Assembly: GCA_012026655.1 (NCBI GenBank)
Contig: JAAILG010001360.1
Span: forward strand, 1-64,000
From: Hydrolagus affinis
Taxonomy: Eukaryota
Length of the DNA: 64,000 nt
Reading direction: 5' to 3'
Shown here piece after piece: positions 25,531-37,774 of the stretch. The notes below the pieces were generated by a model. It made no database searches, was not told the origin of the DNA, and saw only the letters and a program-made list of their open reading frames with translations. Position numbers and translations under genes: made by a program. Numbering within the stretch: position 1 is the stretch's first letter; every line of letters starts with the position of its first letter.

Positions 25531-26606
25531 CTCAGTTACTACTAATTTGCACAGATGAATACATGAATTAGCATGAGTATCAGTTGGCAGTGACATTTTT
25601 GGTGGTCTATTCTTTTCAGGCGGTGCTGCATTGTTGGCATTATACGAAAGGTTGCACCTTGCATCAGACCCTTCATATGGTTTATTATAGCAGTGCTTGA
25701 TGCTACAATTCAGTATCTCGCCTCATAGCACTAATTTCTTACTGTGACAATTATAAGCTTTCAAAGTAAAAATCTAACCAGTGATTGTGCTGAAGTTTTT
25801 TTATTTCAATATTATTTATTATACAATTTTATATTATTCAAATGTATTTAATATATTATAAATATTTATTTAAATGATTGCAGCTGTGGTTTCCAAGTGA
25901 TGTGAAAATGGAGGGGGAATAATTTGTCACCGATATCAAAGCTTATTGTGCTGATTATAACAGTGCTACTGCCTTGAGTTTCCAGGTGTCGTGAAGATCG
26001 AGTCCCAATATTTAATTCATCAACACTTGTCAAATCTCACTGTGATGATCATATGTGCTTGTCAACAGCTGAAGGGAAATATAATTAACATTTGGCGAAT
26101 TTAGTACAACATTTAAACTCCCTTAAGATAATTTTTAATTTCCCATCATGTGTAGATTGAACTATGACTGGAGAAAATTAAATCTATTGGTGCGCCTAAA
26201 GTAGAGAACTGTTGCAACAGGCCACAATTGTATAATACAATTTAGTATTGTGCACGTGTAGGCTACTCAGCTGAAGCTTTCAACAACAACAACAACAACC
26301 ACAAAATTACATTTGTATAGTGCCTTTCACATCAGGAGTACATCCTGAGACACTGGACAGTCCTGAGACACTGGACAGGCTACATAGAATATTGTTTAAA
26401 CCAAACATTAGTGTCCAATTGAACGTATCCAACTGCAGAGCTGCCTGCTAAGTGCATCACATTGGAGATTTAGTGCTTTTGCACAGTATACATACAGTGT
26501 AAGCTGAAAACATCGGGGAGAGAAGTTTTGTCCAGCTTAAGTGGTATCTGAGGTTAGCCAAAATGCTGTTCCCACCCAGCAGCAGAATACTGCCACCATA
26601 GTAATA

Positions 26607-26811
26607 CTGTAAAAGCCCTATTATCCAGCACTCTCGGGACCTGGCCAATGCCAGTTAAAGCGCCTGCAGGATATTCGGCCGAAAACGCAAACAAAATTTC
26701 AATGCATTTTGCCGGATAAATTCCGGTTAATCGAATGTGGACTTTTTTTTTGCGATGCCGGTTATATGGAAGTTACGGTTGATCGGGTGCTGGATAAACG
26801 GGCTTTTACTA
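26607..26811. mobile_element. Tigger-like MITE family A, short form
   Basis: TA|CTGTAAAAGCCCTATTATCC ... GGATAAACGGGCTTTTACTA|TA. Confidence 0.85.
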
Positions 26812-27206
26812 TATGTAAAGTTGTTGTTCCACTGAAAGTAATGTTAACTAACCAGTTAAAGATAAAATGCTCGTACAGAATTCAGTAAAATATATTGACC
26901 TTTGTTTGGCTGCAAAATACAGTACAGTAATTTCACTCCCATCAGATGAATGGCAGTGATTACATTTTCAGAGTTTTTATTATTTTAACTGGAATGCTGA
27001 AGAAAATTAGAATTCCTGATCCAGTTTTTCTTGTGGAGAAATGGAAATGCTACCTAGGCACAAAAGACATTGAAGAAGTGAATAACCTAGCTGTTTTCCA
27101 GTGTTAGAAGAATTAGCAAATAGGAACAACCACATAAGCTTGTGGTTTAGCATCTTGAAAAGAGACTTCTTAAAGGCGGTTTATGAAGGAATTTTAGTGG
27201 AAGGTA

Positions 27207-27521
27207 ATATAATAATAATCCTTGAAATAATAATAATAATAATCCTTCACATCTTATTGACGTCTCAAAGCACTTCACAGAATATATTGTAAAGTGAACT
27301 GACTGTATATTTGAAATGCAGCAGCCAATTGCACACATCAGTGTCCCACAAACAGTCGTGAATTGAAATGACCCATTGTATTATTGTGGGTAATTTGGAC
27401 GGATTATTGTTAGGCATGTGGAGTAAGAAAACTTGCCCAAGGTTTCACCCTGATCAGCCTGGATTCGAGCACAGGTCTCACGCTTGTAAGGTAAGTGCTC
27501 TAACCACTGAGCTACAGGAGC
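27207..27521 (-). mobile_element. tRNA-SINE, full length
   Basis: (aat)n tail at left, ends ctctaaccactgagctacaggagc. Confidence 0.88.
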
Positions 27522-28446
27522 TTATAATTTTAAACCATTTAATTTATCTTGACCTTGTCTAACATGAGCACTCATCTATTCTAGTCGGGAGTTATTGATT
27601 AGCAAACGACGCAGAGAACCATGGTTGTTTTCTACCCACCTTCATCCACATGATTACTCAGTTGCTCTTAATTTCGTGAATAAGCCAACATTTTTTGCAA
27701 CAAACAAAAATTCCACTTTGTCATGCTATCTGGAATTTCAGTGTTGTACTGTCCACTGGAAAGACAAAATGCAATGTAAATTCATATGCCCTTTCACTTC
27801 AGTGTTCATCTTTCCAGTTACAGATAGTAACAATTGCATTTTAGGGCAAAAATGGCAGCCAGAAGATTGAGAGATTTTGTAATCTGTATTTATCTACTCA
27901 AACTCGACTGATGCCACCATTTGCTGTACAATCTTTCAATAAAAGAACCAAGATGTGCTTAGAGAGCAGTATGTACAAATCAACAAAGTAGCAGGAGAAT
28001 ATGAGATGATGAATAATTCATAAAAGGTATCGCTTGCTATGGAGTTTAAGTTCTGCAGTGAAGAAGATTGCTTGACAGGCACCACCATGTAATGATGAGA
28101 AACTCTTTAACTTTTAAACAAATAATTGATACGCTTTTTAGTTTTATGGATGTGTTCAATTGTTTTGGATGAATGATTTTCAGTATTTTATAGGTAATGC
28201 ATCTTTGCAAATTCTTTTCATTACACATATGACTCACAGTATTGTCCCAGCAACTTGAAGTGGTCTATTGGGAGCAAAATTGTGAATTAGCATTTTTTTT
28301 AATGATCATTGAAATTAGGTATTTGTTCTTTGTTACTGAATTGTTTTATGCACGGTTGCTGCTCCTTGGTCAGCAACAATATATGGAGTCTCTCTACCAG
28401 AATTTATGGCCTTCTTCTACTGTGATAACTTATTTGCATACAAATA

Positions 28447-28663
28447 CAGTAAAAGTCCGTTTATCCGTGACCCGATCAACCGTAGCTTCTGTATAACCGG
28501 CACCTTAAAAAAGGTCTGCATTCAATGAACCGGAATTTATCCGGCACAATGTATTTTTTTTAAATGAAAACTTTTTTTTGTGTGTTTTCGGCTGAATATC
28601 TGTCACGTGCTTTAATCGGCATTGGCCAGGTCCCCAGGGTGCCGGATAAACAGGCTTTTTCTG
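28447..28663. mobile_element. Tigger-like MITE family A, short form (opposite orientation to 26607)
   Basis: TA|CAGTAAAAGTCCGTTTATCCG ... CGGATAAACAGGCTTTTTCTG|TA. Confidence 0.87.
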
Positions 28664-28907
28664 TACTGTAGTTTAATCAGTTACTATATTTAGAATGGAA
28701 ACTTTTTTCAGTGGAAGGTACACGCATTTTTACTTCAATCAAACCAGTGGTCTAGTGGCTAACATATTAGACAACCCTGCCGTACACCGCCAGCATTCAT
28801 ATCCCATGTTGTGCAACTAACTGACAATATTTAAAAAGAAAGCAATACCCTCATTGAAAATAAGTCTACATTCAACGTACAAATGTCATCAGTGCTTGTT
28901 GTATGTA

Positions 28908-29408
28908 CAGTAAAAGCCCGTTTATCCTGTACCCGCGGGACCTGGCCATTGCCAGTTAAAGCGCGTACCGGATATTCGGGCAGCCCACTGTCAAAAACCC
29001 ACCACAAAAAAATTAAAGTTCTTTTAATACACACCATACACACCAGACTAAATAATAACAGATAATAACAAAATGTTGTATTGGTGTTTATTGTTAAAAC
29101 TACTCTCTTGCGCTTCTCACCTTTACTGGTTGAGGTTTATAGTCCAGCGATTCTTTTTAAAATGAAGGATGCCGTGCGGGTGAAAAAAACGGCAGCGTGA
29201 CTTTAAAGTCTTACTAGCGGCAAGCCGATAACCCTAGACTCTACTAACGGCAAACCGAAATACTGCACCTGCGTGGCAATGACTCACAAATGCTCCACTG
29301 ATATTGTTCCGGATAAGTTCCGGTTTATCGAATGGGGACTTTTTGGGGGGCGTGCCGGTTATACGGAAATGCTGGTTCATCGAGTCACGGATAAACGGGC
29401 TTCTACTG
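28908..29408. mobile_element. Tigger-like MITE family A, about 500 bp form (inverse of 22159 copy)
   Basis: TA|CAGTAAAAGCCCGTTTATCC ... CGGATAAACGGGCTTCTACTG|TA. Confidence 0.9.
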
Positions 29409-29601
29409 TACTCAGTTACCATTTTCTATAATTTTGTTATTGGTGAGACAACTGTCCTCAATGTTGCTTAGAACCCCTTTGGAACTTGTATCCAGTGGAG
29501 TACTATTAGCTATTGCTCAGGATAACAATTAGTGTTTTTTAAAAATATTTTGGCAATCTTTGACATTCAAGCAGGATGGAAAGTAAAATAATAAGTTAAT
29601 A

Positions 29602-30078
29602 CAGTAAAAGCCCATTTATCCGGCACCCGGGACCTGGCCAATGTCGGTTAAACGACAGGCCAGATATTCAGTTGGATTCAGGCCAGATATTCAGTTGGAA
29701 ACCCAACACAAAAAAAATTAACTTATTGTAACACATACCTTATTAATAATAGACTAAATAATAACAGATAATAGCAGACCTTTGTTATTTACCTAAAAAT
29801 TTAACTAAAAAGCACTTTTGCTGGTAGATGCCTGGTTTGAAGCCTTGGTGCTGGGGTAGAGGTGTACAGTCCACCGATAACTTCTGCAATGGCGAACGCA
29901 AGGGAAAAAAACGGCAGCGCGACTTTAAGGCTCTACTAGCGGCAAGCCAAAATACCTGTACAGTACTCTCATGTGACAGTCGATTCATTAAATGCACCAC
30001 CGTGATTGTGCCGGATAACATCCAGTTAATTGGATGGGGATTTTTTTTTGACGTACTGGTAATACGGGCTTTTTACTA
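29602..30078. mobile_element. Tigger-like MITE family A variant
   Basis: TA|CAGTAAAAGCCCATTTATCCGGCAC ... ACGGGCTTTTTACTA|TA, with an internal 23-bp tandem duplication at about 29656-29700. Confidence 0.82.
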
Positions 30079-30298
30079 TAGTTGGTTTTTACTATTGTAT
30101 TGGAAACGCAGAGTCAATTTATACTTTCTATCATGGCACATTTGCTCCAGTTGATACTGATCTGCTTCAAGGTTGAGCGGAGTGATAGCCAGAGTTTAGA
30201 AGGTGTGCATTATCTTTTCCACCATCATAAACTAATCTGGGATTGTACTGGAGATGTGACCTTTTTTAACCAGTTTAGTTTTCTGCTTACTGTAGTGT

Positions 30299-30633
30299 TA
30301 GCTTGGCTCAATGGGAAACATTCTTACATCTGAGTCAGTAGGTTATTGGTTCAAGCTCCACGTTGTGACGTTGAGCTCATAGGCTAGGCTGGCATCCCAG
30401 TCCATCATCAGAGATTCGATCCTTTGGGTGAGACATTAATTCGGTGTCCTGGCCAACTGTTCTCCAGATAAAATTCACAACTGGCTCTTTGTGGGGCATT
30501 GCTGTACACGTATTCACTGCATGTTAAGCTTACAAATACCCGGCCATTATACTTTACAGTAAATCCTGTGAAGTGGTTTGAGATATCTCAATGACGTGAT
30601 CAGGAGCTATATCAAATGCAAGGATTTTTATTA
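30299..30633 (+). mobile_element. Older DeuSINE (SacSINE1-like) element
   Basis: Head ttggctcaatgg...tctgagtcag..ggttcaag, segment ctttgggtgagacattaa resembling the Deu domain, same L2-type tail. Family assignment is from memory. Confidence 0.6.
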
Positions 30634-30997
30634 TACCCGTGTTATAAATTCAAGATCGTCTACCTTTTTTATTGATGAGCTCAAATGCCAGTCATTCCAG
30701 CACAAATCTGAAGGGCAATCTTGAAACATTGATAGAGTCAGCTGCTGCACTGTGCTTCCAGCTGGGTGCATGTTTGGGTTCAATGCATTTGATCTGCGTT
30801 ACCAAAATAAATTACTTGCGCTGACTTGCACTTTTTTAATTAAATGCATCAAGGAAAGAAGAAAAAAGACAAGGTTAGGTGGAAAACAATTCTACAAATT
30901 GCCTATAGGTTTGTCATTCTAGATTCAGAATATCAATAACTAACTCTACTTGTTCAGGATGGGCAAATGTATGCTGACACAATTTACAATATAATGA

Positions 30998-31280
30998 TTA
31001 TAATCCCAGCATTTGATTACAGCACCTTATCACATCAAACACTTCAAAGCATTGCAGTTTTTTTTAGGAATGACTTTATGTTTGTGAGTGAACAGAGCAG
31101 CCAATTTGCTGCACAGCCATGACATGAATAACCAACTGTTTTTCTTTTAGGAACTGCAAGCGGTGGGAGAAACTCCCTTTTGTTTTTGAAAAATACCATA
31201 GGATCTTTAATATCCACCTCTACAAACAGAGAGGAATTAGGTTTCAAGTTTCACCTGAGGGACAGAACCTCTGACAGTGT
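30998..31280 (-). mobile_element. DeuSINE fragment
   Basis: ccataggatctttaatatccacct...ggtttcaagtttcacctgagggacagaacctctgacagtg resembles the reverse complement of the Deu domain, plus SINE tail. Confidence 0.6.
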
Positions 31281-31884
31281 CCTTAATGTCTAAAAATTAT
31301 CCTCATTTTAAGGCTTTCTCTTATTTTATGAAACAATCTAAACTATTAACAATTCATCAAATTATTTCCTACAGCTTTGAAAATGTTCTGGCTCAAAGTT
31401 CTATTACAGCATTAACTATTAATTTTGCTTGATGTGTACTATCTGCCAGCATTACCATTAAATAATAAATTAGGACCAGATTAAATCATATTATGTGTTC
31501 CCAGAATATTGTGATTTAGGGGATACTCTATGACACTTCATACTTAATGTTTTGATTCCCATTAGAATTTTACCCCAAAAATTCTACAGCCTGAAGAGAC
31601 TTTCTTTCATGATGCATGTGTAATACTGTACATCAACTAGGATATTTTAAGTAACTTCTGCTCCCTGAAGGTTTACAGGCAATAATCAGATTATTTAACA
31701 TATTTTAAACCGCCCATTTTATGTCAACAGATTTTGTTCTTCTTCCAGCGTTGCTTTTTCCCCCACTCATTACTGAGGAAATGTTGTTTCACTGAGTGTT
31801 GATTCTGCAGCTGAAGCAGCCTATAGTATATAGAATGAAGAAATCATGTCAATTACTTGCTTTCAGATGTAGTAGTCTTTGTTC

Positions 31885-32402
31885 TTCACGTGAGGTGAGG
31901 GTGCACATTTCTGGATATATGTTACTATATTACATGAAAGATATTGTAGCATTGGAGATGGTACAGCCTAGAAATGCAAGGTGTTACCAGGAATCAAAGA
32001 TTTGACAAGTTGGAGCTTTTAGTTGTAGAGTTGAAACAATTGAGAGGGGACCTGATAGAAGCATTTGAGATTATGAAAGGATTTGGTAAATTGCATATTG
32101 AGAGGCGGTTTCCACTTATTTGTAAATCCAAAACAAGAGGCCATAAATATAAGATAGCTAGGAGAAGATCTAATAGGAAGTTTAGGAGGAACTTTTTCAT
32201 GCAGAAACTGGTGACAAAATGGAACTCACCTCTGTGGTTGAAGCAAAACACATTGATGTTTAAAAGGAAATTCATCAGGGAAAGGGAATGAAGTGGGTAT
32301 AGGAGTGGGCAATAGGATGGGTGGGTGCTTGTTAGAATTGTAAACACCAGCACTGACTTATTAGCCAAATATGGTTTTCTATACCATATCACTCTATGTA
32401 AT
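31885..32402 (+). mobile_element. CR1 LINE 3' fragment
   Basis: LRGDLIEAFEIMKGF...KTRGHKYKI...RRNFFMQK..WNS. Confidence 0.85.
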
Positions 32403-33999
32403 CCATTTAATTCTGTGGTTTCCTTCTTCCCCCAAGGCTTTTCTGCATGGTGTCTAGTGTGGTATTTATTTACTTGCTGTTTACAGCAGTTGCACTTCGA
32501 TGATAGTGCCAAAAAGTTAATGAGTTACTCAAAGTTTTAAAAAGTAATGACGGTGGTGCTTCAGTTTACACTCCAACCATCCAGAGTGCTTTTCTTCTGG
32601 ACCAGGGGCAATAATTCCTTGGTGGGGGTAGTCACCCAGCTATTGACCGGCCCAGTGTTTTTTTTTCCAAAAGCTGGTCTGTACAAACATTCTGCATACA
32701 GATCCAGAATTTAGGATTAAAGATGGGAATTAATGTTAGTGCAAAAGCACAAACACAATCTTGTGTATTTCTTTTATTTTTATATAATATTTTATTTGTG
32801 CTCCTTTGGTTATCTTCCCACTCTTCCCTGTTTCACTCCTCTTGTATCCAAGCTCCGGTGTTGCTATGGGTGCAATGGATTGTAGCTCCTAGTTTAAATG
32901 GTTTTATTCCACAGAAAAGGCTAACCTAGAGGTTTGCAGGTCTTCTCTGCATCACATGGTGAACAGATGCAAATGCACAGATTAATTCACAATCAACTTT
33001 AAGAAAACAAAATTAGTTTCACATTAATATTGAATTAAATGGAAATTGTTATTGTATTCTTTCATTTGGTGGTAAAAATAGTCTTATGATTCATATTGGA
33101 GTCATTGTAAACATGGAAATTTGGTACAAAAGCTATCACACCATCCTCATTGCCTGAGTGAGGCTAAGCACAACTTGAGTGGCAGCACTTCTGAACTTTG
33201 TGGACATGTAAAAGACAATGTTTCCAGCCAGTGAAATTATGAAATTATTTGTGGGAAATTGTTTGTGAAGAAAATGGCTTCTTCGATGATGATAAAATAC
33301 AATGTTTTAGTTATCATAATTGGAAATCTATTGTACCTATTTCAGTGCCTCTTGAAGAAGTTTTTTTTCATTGTTAGAAATAAATCAGAATGTGCAACCT
33401 GTGCTTCCAGTAAATGCTAGATAAGCCCTCTTAGTGCAGTGGTGTGATTTTTATCTGGACATTCATGAAAAAGCAGCGACCAACATTTCTTGACAAGCCA
33501 AGGATTTTAATTCAGTTTCAAACACATCATGAAGTCTAGGTAGTTAAAATCAACTATGATGTTAACATGGGTGCAAAAAGCTTTTAAGAATGCAATCAAT
33601 GAGTAGACTAACTGCAACTAAAAGCACAAGCACGATGGGCCCAATGGTCTCCCTTCCGTGCTGTAATATTCTATGAAAAATAATGGAGATTGAATTGTAA
33701 CTTTCAATTAATTTAGCATGTCAATTAATGACAAATACGAACAACCTTGCTTTTCTGTGACAACTATTTTTACAACTTTTTCATGTATTGCAGTTTTTGG
33801 CTAGCTATAATTATCCTTATTGTATCAGTTTCTTCCCTTGTGAACATATTTCACAGAAAAGTAATTACTGTACCTTGTTTTCTAGTTCATTGATGTTATG
33901 AGTTTCTTAAAATACACATTGATTGTGCCTAGTTTATGGAACATAACATTATTGCTGATAACCTGTGGCATGGATTTAGAAATGTGCTGGTTTGGCTAA

Positions 34000-34075
34000 C
34001 ATAGCGTGGCCGAACTGGTGGACCACGGGCTGCATCCAGCCCAATGGGTGATTTTATCTGGCCCAAGACCACTTC
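34000..34075 (+). mobile_element. Possible hAT-Charlie (MER58-like) terminus
   Basis: gtggccgaactggtggaccacgggctgcatccagccc...ttttatctggccc resembles Charlie-type subterminal GGCCC repeats. No partner TIR found. Confidence 0.4.
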
Positions 34076-34499
34076 CAATATTATAACGTCCGCTTCCTCC
34101 CTCCCTGATGAACATTCTCCCACGGCAGCAGAAGCCGTAGGTTGAAAAGATGCAACGCGGACAGTGAAAATAATACTAGCCATTACAGCAGTCCTGCAAG
34201 AAGGCAAACGTGTCTCCTTATTCAAAACAACTTGCATTCATATAGTGCCTTTCATGCAGGGTAGCGTTCCGGAGCGCTTCACAGTGGCAATCTGATAACA
34301 AGCCTGGGGAGAGGGAGGGGGGAGGTGACCGTAAGCACGATCAACCAATGGTTCCTGCCACTACAGATTGTGAAACGCACAGCTGATTGGGAGAGAGAGA
34401 GAGGGAATGAGTGCGGGAGATTGAGTGATAGATAGTGTGTGTGTATGTGAGAGGTCAAAAGGGGTGACTTTGTGAGAGGCGAGGAAAGAGATTGACAAA

Positions 34500-34860
34500 G
34501 AGAGAGATGGAGTGGGGGACATGAAGCAAGCTGGTGTTTGCTGGACAAAGGGAACCTCTGCACCATTCCGGCCTGGCTGTTCCCTCGGTCCAGCAAACAC
34601 CAACTTGCTTTGTGTCCCCCACCCCATCTGCTTAACCATTGCCATTTTGCCCCCGTTTTCTGGAGGCCCTGTAGGCCCTCCAGCTCGCTCTCTCCCTTTT
34701 GTCTTTCAAGGCACCTTGAGTTAATTAGTGGAGCATGCTTTGGTCATCTTTTCTCTTCCCATTCCGGCCTCTCTTGGCTCCCACCTCCAGCTCAGATACC
34801 CAGCTTTCTGTGTCAAGATGTCCTTCCAACATCAAGAAGGTGCTGTATAAATGTTATGCT
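34500..34860 (+). mobile_element. Degenerate L2 3' fragment
   Basis: tttggtcatcttttctc and tail caagatgtccttccaacatcaagaaggtgctgtataaatgt. Confidence 0.5.
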
Positions 34861-36567
34861 TCTGGAAGGGAAACATAAAATATTGCTTATGCAGCCTGAG
34901 GACCTTTCTCAAATAGGGAATCCACTCTGTGCCAGTCAAATGGTTGGATCACCCTGGTCTAAAAGAATGTGCAGCAACTACCTTTAACTTCAGTTTATAA
35001 TTTGCATTTTTGTCTGTATCACACCAAGGAGACAGTGTTATGGCTGCAAAATTAGCATTTTGCGCACAACAGTTAGTTCCACAAAGCAGCCATGAAGCGA
35101 ATGGCTAATTTCAAGTGGGAGTGGGGGTTGTTGATCAGGACAGTGGATGAAACTCCCTTGGTGTAGCAGTGATTCACATGTGTTTGTCACAAGTGCGGCA
35201 TAAAGAAGTACTGTATCTGATTGAAAAAGGCTCCAGGTCTCATGGTACAGAGAATTATTAATGGGTCTGCTTTAAGGGGGCTAAGAGGGTTTAAGTTTCC
35301 CAGGAACAATATAATCCCTGAGCCTTTCACAAAAGTTTTAATCTTCAAATCCATTTATTTGCTTTACCCTATATATTGCATCCTCGTAATAAAATGGAAA
35401 TTGTGGTTCAGTACACAAGAGTTGTCAGTTCTTTAGTAGTCATATTATATTTCAGGTTATAGCACATGCATTTAGTGGGTACAAAACTAAGAAGATTCCA
35501 ATCTGCTAATTTTATGTCTCGTCATAGATCATTTTTAACTAGCACTAAGGATAGTTTGATGTGTGAAATTCCACCTTTTGGCTGCATTTCAAAACTGGGA
35601 AATGGAATGTTCAGAATTTAGTTGCTGGAACTTGATTTATTTCTAACTGCATGTATAATTTTCTTCCCTGCAGTTGACATTTGATTACACTAATAAGATA
35701 TGTTCATTTGTGCATGAACATAAAGTAATCCTTGCAATTATAGTGAAATTAGGGAAGAAATGAAGTCCAAAGGGAGTACCCTTTGTTCCAAGTACTCCCA
35801 CTAAAAATATTCTCTACACTTTTTCTATCACAATAAATTCTCAATTTAATGTGTTGCAAAGCGACTTCCACCTGCTGCATTGGACCACTCAGAAATGTTA
35901 CGGGCGTACTGTAATTGCTTGTGTTTCTTATCAGCCTTAGTTGGCGGATTGATTTGGAGATATTGGTCAGACCCTTGGTAGGGGCCAACGGGAAGAGGAA
36001 ACATTGGGCTAGTTTGGAGTTATGTTCTATACTGTCGAGGTTTAATGCCTGCATTTAGTTTAAAGTAGCTTGAGTGGCTTGATGTCACATAATATTTATT
36101 GTGTTTATTGTGTTCTATATCATTTTAGAATCTTGAATCTTTGGGTGAGATTCACCCAAAGCATTCTCGTTAGCATGAACATTCCCATCTTTTGTAGCTT
36201 CTCCAAAGAACTTGGGTATCTAAATCCTGCTATCGATCTTGTTGCTCTACCTGACACCCTTTCTGTTACATTGTAATACAGTGACCAAAGCTGGATAGTA
36301 CAGTACTGTACATTCAAATGAAGTCGCTTTCTTTGCTTGTGTTGATGTTTCCACGAGTACCCCATAAGAACTCTCATTTGTTTTTTATCCTATGTATCAA
36401 TGCAATTTTGCTTATATTTCCACTGTGTATCCCGTTCCCAAACCGAGTGGAGAAACAGAATAACCTAACATATGAACATTGGCCTTTAAAAGTGATATAC
36501 GTTGAAAAGTTATGCAATGACACCTTGATGTTTTTAATTTTTCCAATGTGCCTGTTTCCTTTTCCAG

Positions 36568-36682
36568 GTTCGCGCGTCTTTCAGGAAAGATCAGACTCCT
36601 GGATGTCGGAAGCTGTTTCAACCCATTTGTAAAGTTTGATGAATTTCTAGCAGTTGGTATTGACATTGTACCCGCTGTAGAG
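36568..36682 (+). CDS. SAMTOR: SAMTOR/BMT2 coding exon, SAM-binding class I methyltransferase-like motifs
   Basis: Acceptor tttccttttccag|G, donor GAG|gtatgt. Translates (R)[38 protein letters not shown], containing LLDVGSCF and VGID. Confidence 0.95.
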
Positions 36683-37736
36683 GTATGTGATGTTAGTTTG
36701 TACAAAACACTGAGCAATTTGAGTTGGTACATCAAGTATATTAGATTTATTACAAGATTTAAAAAGTATGTTTCCAAGCTATTTTACCCACTGAGCATTG
36801 GGAAACTATCCAGCTGTGAGAGGGCAGGTGGGACACATTGCAACCAAGTTTGATACTATCCTCACCCCATATATGATTTCTACAGCACCAAGAACACAAT
36901 TATATTTCTATAGTGCCTTTCATGTCCAGGATTTCACTCTTTTACCTCCCTTTTCCATAGGTTAGGGAATACTGAGTGCTGCAACCACCCCAGCTGGAGT
37001 AAACTAACTAAACACAGATTCAAACCTACAAATTTGGGTTTTGCAAGTCTTAGTGCTATATAATCCCATGCTTTTCTACATTTTACAATCAAGGGAGCTA
37101 CTAACAATTCTAAACTTGAAAAGCTATTTATAATATATTTTAAGATAGCTCTATTTGGAGTATTATCCATATCAGATCTAAATTCAATGGCTACACACCT
37201 GTTTCTGTTGTTCTCTGAGATAGGATCTTGTATATATTTATACTGTCATGTCCTCCAGTAAGAGGAACATATTGAGATGCTTTGTGTTAATTCTCTTAAT
37301 TTTAACTATTTATTACATAGTCATCATCCAGTCATGTGAAGGACTGTCACTGTAAAATTATGAAAATCTTATGCAAACATATCGTGAGCGTTTTTGTTAC
37401 TGGTCAGAATAGGTTTATGGATGCAGCTTTGTGCTGCTCTATAATATGGAGAAGCCTAATTAATCTAGCTCATGGAGGCAAGTTTGATTACTGCATCCTC
37501 TGCAGCAATTTCTATTGGTTAATTAGGTAAATAATAGATGTGCATTTTATGCAAAATGATCAGCAATAAATTTCCAAAACTGCATTGCACCTATTGTGAC
37601 AACTGTGTCTTGTGTTAACCTCATGGGAGAGAGTTGTGGTGAGATCATATTCCACATTTAGTTTTAGCAGCAAACTTCCATTTCCTCTGCAAATTCAGCA
37701 CCAGTTGTACCTTCTGTAGCATCTAAGCTCTGATAA

Positions 37737-37774
37737 TTATGTCAAATCAGAAGTACAATTCTGATTTGACATAA
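37737..37774. repeat. Perfect 16-bp inverted repeat with 6-nt loop
   Basis: TTATGTCAAATCAGAA-gtacaa-TTCTGATTTGACATAA. Confidence 0.9.

Noticed and set aside
26343-26378. Exact 18-bp tandem duplication TCCTGAGACACTGGACAG
   Set aside because: It lies at the truncated end of a solo L2 tail and is an ordinary slippage or insertion by-product.
33929-34987. Cluster of 70-149 aa ORFs in a GC-elevated patch
   Set aside because: Overlaps L2 fragments, simple repeats and a possible hAT end, with no coherent protein.
36581-36585. Alternative acceptor tctttcag|GA just before GKIRLL
   Set aside because: Its phase is incompatible with the upstream exon ending in phase 2, whereas the 36567/8 acceptor keeps the frame.
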